Positions 56,259 through 64,000 of a DNA stretch of 64,000 nucleotides are shown piece by piece. The notes under the pieces are model-generated. The model saw nothing but the letters and a program-made list of their open reading frames with translations, was not told where the DNA came from and ran no database searches. Positions within the stretch are counted from its first letter, which is position 1, and each line of letters starts with the position of its first letter. Location of the stretch: the NCBI GenBank assembly GCA_024231215.1, contig JAAEQR010000195.1, positions 142,755 to 206,754 of the forward strand, in the 5' to 3' direction. Source of the stretch: PVC group bacterium (GTDB taxonomy: Bacteria; Omnitrophota; Gorgyraeia; B26-G9). The position numbers were made by a program, and so were the translations under genes.

Positions 56259-57053
56259 ATGATGAAAATATTCTTAACAATTCTTGCGTTTTTCTTGTTC
56301 GTGTATTGTTATGCACGTTATCTGGAGAGGAGTGCGCTTTATTATCCGGAAAAAGAGATAGTATTAAAGCCAAATGATGTAGGCCTTGCTTTTGAAGAAG
56401 TACATTTTACGGCAAAGGATAAAGTCAAACTGCATGGTTGGTATATCCCGGCTAAAGACGCGCAGACTAGCTTGATTTTCTGTCATGGTAATGGAGGCAA
56501 TATCAGCCATCGCATGGATAAAATACTTCTTTTTAATAACCTCGGGGTAAATATGTTTATATTTGATTATCGCGGATATGGGAAAAGTAAAGGGAGGTCT
56601 TCAGAAGCTGGATTTTATAATGATGCTGAAGCTGCTTATAAATATCTAAAATCACGGGGTGATGCGGGACGGAAAATTATTATTTACGGAGAATCATTAG
56701 GCGGGGCAGTAGCTGTGGATCTGGCGGCTAAGGTGCCGGTTGCCGGACTTATTTTAGAAAGTACATTTACAAATGTATTGGATATGGCAAAAGTAGTTTA
56801 TCCTTTACTGCCTGGGTTTTTAGTGCAGAGTAAGTTTGATTCTCTGTCTAAAATAAAGACCATAGATGTTCCAAAACTGTGTATGCATAGCCAAGATGAT
56901 AATATAGTTCCGTTCCGGTTAGGGAAAAAGCTTTTTGATGCTGCTTCAGAACCTAAGCAGTTTTTAGAGATATACGGGGCTCATAACGATTCATTTCTAA
57001 ATTCTGAAGAAGAAATTAAAATAAAACTGCGTAATTTTTTCAGAGAAATCTAA
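56259..57053 (+). CDS. Alpha/beta-fold hydrolase with N-terminal membrane anchor
   Basis: FCHGNGGNISHR, IIIYGESLGGAVAV (GxSxG nucleophile elbow), distal D and H (HSQDDN..., GAHND). Confidence 0.65.
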   Translation: MMKIFLTILAFFLFVYCYARYLERSALYYPEKEIVLKPNDVGLAFEEVHFTAKDKVKLHGWYIPAKDAQTSLIFCHGNGGNISHRMDKILLFNNLGVNMFIFDYRGYGKSKGRSSEAGFYNDAEAAYKYLKSRGDAGRKIIIYGESLGGAVAVDLAAKVPVAGLILESTFTNVLDMAKVVYPLLPGFLVQSKFDSLSKIKTIDVPKLCMHSQDDNIVPFRLGKKLFDAASEPKQFLEIYGAHNDSFLNSEEEIKIKLRNFFREI

Positions 57054-57583
57054 TTTTTTTTCGGCTGCCTAGGGGGTATGGGAGGCGGCGGTATCTGTTG
57101 TTGACGTAATATTCTCATCTGCTGTTGATGCTGGATTTGCATTTGTGTGTTTTGGTAATTCTGGTAGGAATTTATTGTATCCATGGTTCTTTTTGTCTTT
57201 TGTGCTTCTTCGGCAATAGAATTCAGCCACTGATGATATTGCTGAATTCCAAAATCTGTTTTTTCTTCCTTAACTACACCTAATTTGTGTAATGTATTCA
57301 TGATTGCAGCATGATCGTCAACTGCCCAACTATACAGTTCTTCGTCTACAAAAATAAGGCTATATATCTTTTTCTTGCATCGCTTTTGACGATATTCCCA
57401 GACTTGAACCGGAAAATTATTTCGTGTTACTCCCAGGGCTATTTTTTGAGTTGGTTCTCCCCAGGACTGGATAACTTCTTCTGCGGTAAGGCCGTTTTCA
57501 AGCTCTGGTTTCTTCTTGCAGGCTCCGCTGCAGCCGTATACAGTGAACATAATTAAGATTAGAATTAAGACAATTTTCTTCAT
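57050..57583 (-). CDS. Lipoprotein, function unknown, with Gln-rich and Pro-rich C-terminal tail
   Basis: MKKIVLILILIMFTVYGCSG (signal peptide plus lipobox). Tail QNTQMQIQHQQQMRILRQQQIPPPPIPPRQPKKN. The ORF-track start at 57670 would bury the signal peptide, so the internal Met was chosen. Confidence 0.5.
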   Translation of the reverse strand: MKKIVLILILIMFTVYGCSGACKKKPELENGLTAEEVIQSWGEPTQKIALGVTRNNFPVQVWEYRQKRCKKKIYSLIFVDEELYSWAVDDHAAIMNTLHKLGVVKEEKTDFGIQQYHQWLNSIAEEAQKTKRTMDTINSYQNYQNTQMQIQHQQQMRILRQQQIPPPPIPPRQPKKN

Positions 57584-57811
57584 ATATTGGAATGTAACAC
57601 AAATACCATTTCTTGTCAATTCGGACAGAAAGTAAATTGGCAGAAATTCAAAAGGTGTGGTATACTTCATCTAAGAGGATCGGTGCAAGCATAGGTTACG
57701 TTTTAAGGTTTGAGAGGTTTTGAAAAAGGTTCACAAGCTTAAATAGTAGGTAAGGCACCGTTCCTCCTTTTTATGCCCATTTCCCCCTGAATATCCCCGA
57801 TATTTGTGCTC

Positions 57812-57840
57812 TTGATACCTATAGGCGTTTGTGTTAAGAT
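57812..57840 (+). promoter_or_regulatory. Candidate sigma70 promoter for uvrA (TTGATA-17nt-TAAGAT) ending 7 nt before the ATG (leaderless-type geometry)
   Basis: Read from sequence. No SD between the -10 box and the ATG at 57848. Confidence 0.35.
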
Positions 57841-57847
57841 TTATCTC

Positions 57848-60655
57848 ATGAGTAAAGAGTACATTTCTATTAAAGGTGCGAAAGAGCACAACCTTAAATC
57901 CATAGACCTGGATCTACCGCGAAATAGTCTGGTAGTTATTACTGGTCTTTCCGGTTCCGGGAAATCTTCTCTGGCGTTTGATACTATTTATGCCGAGGGA
58001 CAGCGCAGATATGTAGAGAGTTTATCTGCTTATGCGCGGCAGTTTCTAGAGCAGCTGCATAAGCCGGATGTAGAATATATCGAAGGATTGTCTCCGGCGA
58101 TTGCTATAGAACAGCGTAATACTGGCTCTAATCCGCGCTCTACCGTAGCTACCCAGACGGAAATCTACGATTACTTACGATTACTTTTTGCCCGGATCGG
58201 AACAGCGTTTTGCTATCGCTGCGGCAAGAAAATATCCCGGCAGACATCGCAGCAAATTGTAGACCAGATATTGGCATTGCCGGCTAACTCCAGACTTTAT
58301 TTACTGGCACCTCTTGTACGTGGTAGAAAAGGAGAATATCGTCAGGTATTTGAAGATGTGGCAAAGTCCGGTTTTGTGAGAGTACGGGTAGACGGTGTAA
58401 TTTATGATATAAATGATAAGATAAAATTAAATAAAAAGAAAAAACATTCTATTGAAGTAGTGGTCGACAGGCTTATTTTAAAAAAGGATATTAAAAAAAG
58501 ACTCACTGACTCTGTGGAAACCGCATTAAAAGTAGGCAATAGTACATTGATTGTCGGGGTTGAAGAAAAACCCGGGCAGATGAAGGAAATTATATTTAGC
58601 GAGGTATACGCTTGTACCGAATGCAGTATTAGTTATGAAGAGCTGCAGCCGCGCATGTTTTCCTTTAACAGTCCCTATGGGGCTTGTCCGGCTTGTGCGG
58701 GCTTAGGCACAAAGGTGGAAATAGATGAAGACCTGGTGGTGCAGGATAAAAATAAAAGTTTAAGAGAAGGAGCTTTGGAACCCTGGCGTCGGGGAGGTAA
58801 AGGATATTTGATGTATTACCGGAGTTTACTGTTGGAGTTATCGGCAGTTGAAGGCTTTAGTATGGATACTCCGTTTAAAAAACTACCGAAAGATATGCAA
58901 AAACTTATCCTTTACGGTGGTGATACCCAGGTGTGGGGGAAGCCTTACGAAGGGATAATACCTCATTTAGAAAGGTTGTTCCATCAGACAGACAGCGATT
59001 TTCTTAAACAGGAAATTAATAAATACATGAGTAATCTTCCTTGTCCGGCTTGTAACGGGATGCGCTTACGCCCTGAAAGCCTGGCAGTTAAAATCGGCGG
59101 GTTATCTATACACCAGATCACACATCTATCTATTGCTTCAGGGATTAAATTATTTAATACGTTGAAATTATCAGCCAAAGAAAAACTTATTGCGCATCAG
59201 GTATTAAAAGAAATTCGCCAGCGTTTAGAGTTTATGATGAACGTTGGGTTGGGGTATTTAACTTTAGACCGGCAGAGCAGTACACTTTCCGGTGGGGAGG
59301 CGCAGCGTATTCGTTTAGCTACACAAATTGGTTCGCGGCTTACGGGTGTGATTTATATATTAGATGAGCCGAGCATTGGTCTGCACCAGAGAGATAATGA
59401 GAAACTGCTGGAAACTCTAAAAGCTTTACGTGATCTGGGTAATACCCTGATAGTGGTTGAGCATGACGAAGCAACAATTATGGCGGCGGATTATATTGTG
59501 GATTTAGGTCCGGGAGCAGGTAGAGAAGGCGGTCAGGTCGTGTGCAAGGGAACGTTGGCACAAGTTTTGAAATGTAAAAATTCACCGACTGCGAATTATC
59601 TTAAAGGTGATTTAAAAATAGCGCCTGAGTTTAAAAAACGTACTTATAACGCGAAGAAATGTTTGAAAATAATCGGAGCTAAAGAAAACAACTTAAAAGA
59701 TATTGATGTAACTATTCCGCTGGGTCTTTTTGTCTGTGTGACCGGAGTATCCGGTTCAGGCAAATCCACACTGATTGATGAGATAACTTACAAAGCTTTA
59801 GCGAAAAAATTATATCGTTCTAAAGAAAAACCCGGAAAGCATAAAAAAATTACAGGGATTGATAAAATAGATAAAGTAATTGTTATTGATCAGTCGGCGA
59901 TCGGTAGAACTCCGCGGTCTAATCCGGCGACTTATACCGGATTATTCTCTCCCATACGGGATTTTTTCTCTCAATTGCCTGAATCGCGTTTAAGAGGTTA
60001 TAAGCCGGGGCGTTTTAGTTTTAATGTTAAAGGCGGACGCTGTGAAGCTTGTCAGGGCGACGGAATTAAAAAGATTGAAATGCATTTCCTGCCGGATATC
60101 TATGTGGAATGCGAAGTGTGTAAGGGCAAGCGATATAACGAACAGACTCTGGAAGTGAAGTTTAAAGGGAAGTCAATCTCCGATGTTTTGGAAATGACGG
60201 TTGAAGATGCAAAAGATTTGTTCGGCAATATCCCCCGGGTAATTAATAAACTTAAGGTTTTAAACGATGTGGGATTGGGATATATACAATTAGGGCAGGC
60301 GGCAACTACACTTTCCGGCGGAGAAGCTCAACGCGTAAAACTGTCTACGGAACTATCTAAAAAAGCTACGGGCCGTACTTTATATATATTGGATGAGCCG
60401 ACGACAGGATTGCATTTTGCCGATGTGGATAAACTTTTGAAAGTATTGCATACACTAGTTGATTACGGAAATACGATTGTGGTTATTGAGCATAACCTGG
60501 ACGTAATAAAAACTGCGGATTATATTATTGATTTAGGACCTGAAGGCGGTGAGAAAGGCGGTGAAATCATCGGCTGCGGCAGTCCTCGGGATTTAATGAA
60601 GAATAAACGTTCATATACCGGTAAATATTTAAAACAACATTTAAAAAAACACTGA
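57848..60655 (+). CDS. uvrA: Excinuclease ABC subunit A
   Basis: [67 protein letters not shown]..., two ABC modules, zinc-finger cysteines. 936 aa from the canonical MS(K)..I.IRGA start. Confidence 0.93.
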   Translation: MSKEYISIKGAKEHNLKSIDLDLPRNSLVVITGLSGSGKSSLAFDTIYAEGQRRYVESLSAYARQFLEQLHKPDVEYIEGLSPAIAIEQRNTGSNPRSTVATQTEIYDYLRLLFARIGTAFCYRCGKKISRQTSQQIVDQILALPANSRLYLLAPLVRGRKGEYRQVFEDVAKSGFVRVRVDGVIYDINDKIKLNKKKKHSIEVVVDRLILKKDIKKRLTDSVETALKVGNSTLIVGVEEKPGQMKEIIFSEVYACTECSISYEELQPRMFSFNSPYGACPACAGLGTKVEIDEDLVVQDKNKSLREGALEPWRRGGKGYLMYYRSLLLELSAVEGFSMDTPFKKLPKDMQKLILYGGDTQVWGKPYEGIIPHLERLFHQTDSDFLKQEINKYMSNLPCPACNGMRLRPESLAVKIGGLSIHQITHLSIASGIKLFNTLKLSAKEKLIAHQVLKEIRQRLEFMMNVGLGYLTLDRQSSTLSGGEAQRIRLATQIGSRLTGVIYILDEPSIGLHQRDNEKLLETLKALRDLGNTLIVVEHDEATIMAADYIVDLGPGAGREGGQVVCKGTLAQVLKCKNSPTANYLKGDLKIAPEFKKRTYNAKKCLKIIGAKENNLKDIDVTIPLGLFVCVTGVSGSGKSTLIDEITYKALAKKLYRSKEKPGKHKKITGIDKIDKVIVIDQSAIGRTPRSNPATYTGLFSPIRDFFSQLPESRLRGYKPGRFSFNVKGGRCEACQGDGIKKIEMHFLPDIYVECEVCKGKRYNEQTLEVKFKGKSISDVLEMTVEDAKDLFGNIPRVINKLKVLNDVGLGYIQLGQAATTLSGGEAQRVKLSTELSKKATGRTLYILDEPTTGLHFADVDKLLKVLHTLVDYGNTIVVIEHNLDVIKTADYIIDLGPEGGEKGGEIIGCGSPRDLMKNKRSYTGKYLKQHLKKH

Positions 60656-60800
60656 ATAAGCTGTAAGTTGTAAGATAGAAGGACTAAAAGTGCAACTCAA
60701 AAATATAAAGTGTAATATAATAGAGATGTGCTATAGTTGTTAAAACATGTTTTTGTGTTTTAACGTTTAACCCATATGTTTTTGTTTAGCGAAAATTAAA

Positions 60801-63257
60801 ATGAAAAAAATAATGAAATACATTTTTCTCTTAGGACTTATAGCTTACAGCTTATGTCTTGTTTCTCCTGTCTACTCACAGTACGACGAGTACAAGGATT
60901 TGTTTTTGGCAAAGCAGGCGTTTGAGGACGGTTTTCATGATGTTGCTGTGAGGCAGATGGAGAAATTCCTGCAATACTATCCTGATAGTAAGCGCAAACT
61001 TGATGTGCAGCTTTTACTCGGACGCAGCTATTTGAGCCAGGGACAGCTGTATAAAGCATCCAGTCTTTTTGCCGAGCTCTTAGCGAAAAAAAATGATAAT
61101 GCAGATGAACTTAACTTCTGGATGGGAGAGACTTATTTTAAAGGCAAAGATTATGAGCAGGCCCTTGCATTCTATAAGAAAATAATTCAGGAATTTCCAA
61201 ATTCGAAATGGTTAAGTCATGCGGTATATAACAATGCCTGGTGCTTATATGAATTAAAACAATTTGATGCGGCAAAATCCGGGTTTGAAAAATTCATAAA
61301 TACATATCCGAAACATAAATATGTAGCTGAAGCAGAGTATAAAATCGGTGAGATCTTATTTGAACTCCAGAAATATTCAGAAGCAAAGAAATATCTGATC
61401 ACCTACAATAAAAGGCATATTAAGCAAGGTAATTTAACCCGGGTTTATTGTTTGCTGGGTGAAATACACTACCGCATTTCAGATTATCCTCTGGCAATTA
61501 AGTATTACAGTGCAGCAGTTAAAGTTGGCCCGCGTTCTACGTACGGTCCTTACGCGCGTTATGGAATAGCCTGGGCGTATTTTAAATTGGGGAAATACAA
61601 AGAGAGCTTAGCGGCTTTTGGCCGGTTTATGGAGTTCTTTCCAAAACATAATTTGGCCCAGTTGGTAATCTTGCAGATGGGGGAATGTAGTTTTAATTTA
61701 AAAGATTACGACGCGGCACTTTCTTCTTACCGGCAGATGATACGAAAATTCCCTAAGGGAAGATGGGTTTATAAAGCGTATCTGGCCAAGGCAAAAACTA
61801 TATTTGAACTAGGGCGTTTTAAAGATGCGGTTATTGCCTACCAGTATTTCTTGAAAGAATTTCCACAGGTAGATGTTGTTCCGGAAGCACGTTATTCTTT
61901 GGGAAAGGCATATTTAAAGATCAATAAAAAACAGGAAGCTTTAAAAGAATTCGAACTTATCGATAGCCTTACTACAGACGCGATGCTAACGGTTAATGCC
62001 TTAAATGAAATTGCTGATATTCATATGGGTTCGGGTGAGGTAGACCGTGCTCAAAAAATATACGATAAAATTTTAGAGGATTTTTCCGATACTGAATACG
62101 CGGATTATGCCCAGTATCAATTAGGTATGAGTTTTCTTCAGAAGGGAAGATTTGATGCAGCGATCCTGGCTTTTCAAAACGTTTCTAAAACTGAATATGC
62201 AGTTAAAGCAAGATATCAGCTGGGTATTGCTTATTTTAAAAAGGGAAATTTTTCAGTAGCCGCAGGCAAACTTGCGGAGTTTATCGCAAAATGGCCGCAA
62301 AACGAACTAAAAGACGATGCTTTATTCTATCGTGCGACTTGTTTTTATAATCTAAAGGATTTTAAACAGGCAATCAATATCTATACTGTAGTGATCAAAA
62401 CAAGCCGGGAGCATGAATTGTTGTGGCGTTCTATGTATCAGCGTGCATGGTGCTATTATCATATGGGTAATGAAAAAGAGGCGATAACTGGTTTTGTTAA
62501 ATGTCTGGCTCAGTTTTCTGATTTACCGATTAGTGTGGATATCCAATTCTGGCTGGGGCAATATTATTTGCAGAAAAATAATTTCAATAAAGCCCGGGAT
62601 TATTTTCTGGCTGTAGCCCAACAGCCAATAGAGAGTGAATTAAAAGATGATGCTGTTTTTCAATTGGGATTGTGTTATCGCAAACAGAAAAAGGCTAATC
62701 TTGCTATAAAACAATTTGTTGTTTTGAAAAAAATATATCCAAAAAGTGAATTTGTGCCGGAAAGCATGCTGCGGGTGGCCGAGCTTTTTTCCGAGCAGAA
62801 AAAGAACAGAGAGGCAAAAGCCGAATTAAAGAGTTTATTAAACGAATATGCGGGATCTATCTATGAAAGTATGTCGTATAAAAAATTAGCTCATCTTGAA
62901 GAATTAGAAAATAATTTAATGCAGGCCAGAGAATATCTTTCGTTGGCTTTACAAAATAAACAGCTGGTAGCTGATTTTAAGGTGCAGTTACAATACGATC
63001 TGGGTCGTTTATGGGAAGTAGAGCAGGATTACGAACATGCAGTCGAAGAATATCTAAAGGTTGCATATCTATATCCACAGCATAAAAATCTTGTTGGTAA
63101 AGCTTTCTGGCAGGTGGGGCGTATTTTTGAAAATAAAAAAGAATATGAAAAAGCAGGACATATTTATGAAAAAATTATAGAAGGGGAATTCTCACAAAAA
63201 AAACAAGCCAAGGAGAGATTAGAATGGATAAAAGAACAATTAGCCGCATCATCTTAA
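60801..63257 (+). CDS. Secreted tetratricopeptide-repeat protein (about 20 TPR-like units), 818 aa
   Basis: Signal peptide MKKIMKYIFLLGLIAYSLCLVSPVYSQ. Reiterated ...A.Y.LG..Y...G.Y..A...F..FL..YP.S......A.Y.....Y 34-residue units throughout. Confidence 0.7.
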   Translation: MKKIMKYIFLLGLIAYSLCLVSPVYSQYDEYKDLFLAKQAFEDGFHDVAVRQMEKFLQYYPDSKRKLDVQLLLGRSYLSQGQLYKASSLFAELLAKKNDNADELNFWMGETYFKGKDYEQALAFYKKIIQEFPNSKWLSHAVYNNAWCLYELKQFDAAKSGFEKFINTYPKHKYVAEAEYKIGEILFELQKYSEAKKYLITYNKRHIKQGNLTRVYCLLGEIHYRISDYPLAIKYYSAAVKVGPRSTYGPYARYGIAWAYFKLGKYKESLAAFGRFMEFFPKHNLAQLVILQMGECSFNLKDYDAALSSYRQMIRKFPKGRWVYKAYLAKAKTIFELGRFKDAVIAYQYFLKEFPQVDVVPEARYSLGKAYLKINKKQEALKEFELIDSLTTDAMLTVNALNEIADIHMGSGEVDRAQKIYDKILEDFSDTEYADYAQYQLGMSFLQKGRFDAAILAFQNVSKTEYAVKARYQLGIAYFKKGNFSVAAGKLAEFIAKWPQNELKDDALFYRATCFYNLKDFKQAINIYTVVIKTSREHELLWRSMYQRAWCYYHMGNEKEAITGFVKCLAQFSDLPISVDIQFWLGQYYLQKNNFNKARDYFLAVAQQPIESELKDDAVFQLGLCYRKQKKANLAIKQFVVLKKIYPKSEFVPESMLRVAELFSEQKKNREAKAELKSLLNEYAGSIYESMSYKKLAHLEELENNLMQAREYLSLALQNKQLVADFKVQLQYDLGRLWEVEQDYEHAVEEYLKVAYLYPQHKNLVGKAFWQVGRIFENKKEYEKAGHIYEKIIEGEFSQKKQAKERLEWIKEQLAASS

Positions 63258-64000
63258 TTGCTGTTGTGTGCTACGGGGCATGGGGAAGTGCCGGGATATC
63301 GTATGGAGAGGATTTGAAAAAACCGTCATTGGAGATACCTCAGGTGAATATCGATTCTTCCCCGGAAGAATTGATGTTTGAAGCAGATATCGAAGATAAT
63401 GAGGAAGTTATTGATGATAGTCACGGAACAGTCAATATTGCTTATGGCCGGTTTAGGTCCAGTCTTTACGATCTCGAGACTTCGGCAAGAAACGAAAATT
63501 TCTATCATTCCTTCCGGCTTAGTGTTAATACAGCTGACGGGGAGCGTGATAATAGCCAGTTTAGTACGTATCGTCCTAGTTTTGAGCTAGGTATTCCCTT
63601 TGATCAGGAAAATGAATTTGTTTTTAAAATGAAATACTTTGATAAAATTATGGGGTTACCGGGGAAAATGGATGCGCTTACGCCCAGTGCCAAGCGGAGA
63701 AACAGCGATTTTCAGGTTTCCGGGCAATTAACCCATGGCTTAGAGAACGGAACAATAAGTATTGAGCCGTATTACGGACATTCATTACTTAATGAAGATA
63801 TTATGCGTCGTAATTTTAAGAATAAGATGGCTGGTATGCGGGTTGATACCGAAGTATATGGAAACACTTTAGATTTTAATATATACCAAAATAGGTTGAT
63901 TGATAATTATGAGCAGACAGTTGCTGATGCGCGGTTAAGACTGATGCCATTATCTTGGGGGGATAAGTGGCAGTTGTTACTGGGCGCAAATGCATTTGCA
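63224..64000 (+). CDS. Hypothetical secreted protein, partial (runs off the 3' end of the window); not in the supplied ORF track because no stop is reached
   Basis: ATG at 63224 (overlaps the TPR gene end). Frame is open for 259 codons to the window edge. MDKRTISRIILIAVVCYGAWGSAGISYG signal-like N-terminus. The track ORF 63378-63590 is in a different frame. Confidence 0.45.
   Translation, partial: MDKRTISRIILIAVVCYGAWGSAGISYGEDLKKPSLEIPQVNIDSSPEELMFEADIEDNEEVIDDSHGTVNIAYGRFRSSLYDLETSARNENFYHSFRLSVNTADGERDNSQFSTYRPSFELGIPFDQENEFVFKMKYFDKIMGLPGKMDALTPSAKRRNSDFQVSGQLTHGLENGTISIEPYYGHSLLNEDIMRRNFKNKMAGMRVDTEVYGNTLDFNIYQNRLIDNYEQTVADARLRLMPLSWGDKWQLLLGANAFA

Noticed and set aside
57584-57670. N-terminal 29 codons of the minus-strand ORF 57050-57670
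   Set aside because: They would place the lipoprotein signal peptide internally. The Met at 57583 gives a canonical signal peptide plus lipobox.
60739-60764. A/T-rich hairpin (GTTAAAACA-N8-TGTTTTAAC) after uvrA as terminator
   Set aside because: The stem is almost entirely A/T with a weak U-tract, so it is a low-confidence intrinsic terminator. It is noted but not reported as a feature.

Overview
AT-rich Gram-negative-type chromosomal segment, almost entirely on the + strand. At the left edge are the housekeeping genes dnaK (3' end only) and dnaJ. Three small genes follow (FmdB zinc ribbon, VanZ-like, DUF1015). Then a roughly 48 kb uninterrupted glycan (O-antigen/capsule/EPS-type) biosynthesis supercluster runs from about 4.3 kb to 52.2 kb. 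At the right edge are an HD hydrolase, greA, a PP-loop ATPase, two divergently placed lipoprotein genes (the only minus-strand genes), a GT9 heptosyltransferase, an alpha/beta hydrolase, uvrA, a large TPR protein and a partial secreted-protein gene running off the 3' end.

The supercluster opens with an EPS-type MarR regulator. Its core is recognisable pseudaminic-acid-type nonulosonic acid biosynthesis: PseB, PseC, a SpsF-like cytidylyltransferase fused to PseG, and PseI. Around this core sit unusual tailoring modules: two formyltransferase-fold proteins, a class III aminotransferase, a WbqC-like protein with a PIG-L deacetylase, two tandem radical SAM/SPASM enzymes, a B12-binding radical SAM, and an FkbH-like/ACP/methyltransferase/MaoC-SDR carrier-protein cassette. 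There are also at least six SAM methyltransferases including a TylCIII-like sugar C-methyltransferase, three hexapeptide acyltransferases, six glycosyltransferases, a Gmd-like dehydratase and two epimerase/dehydratases. The assembly and export arm comprises a Wzx-like flippase, a Wzy/ligase-like membrane protein, a PglC-like initiating phosphoglycosyltransferase, a PglF/CapD dehydratase, an 825-aa multi-SLBB Wza-like exporter, a putative outer-membrane barrel and a short Wzz-like protein.

Non-coding curiosities:
- A roughly 105-nt conserved intergenic element is present twice.
- Tandem heptamer arrays sit immediately after three stop codons.
- A roughly 200-bp direct repeat flanks an FkbM methyltransferase gene and leaves a duplicated gene-tail remnant.

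No tRNA, rRNA, CRISPR array, transposase or integrase was recognised. All functional assignments are from motif and family recognition by eye, not database searches.
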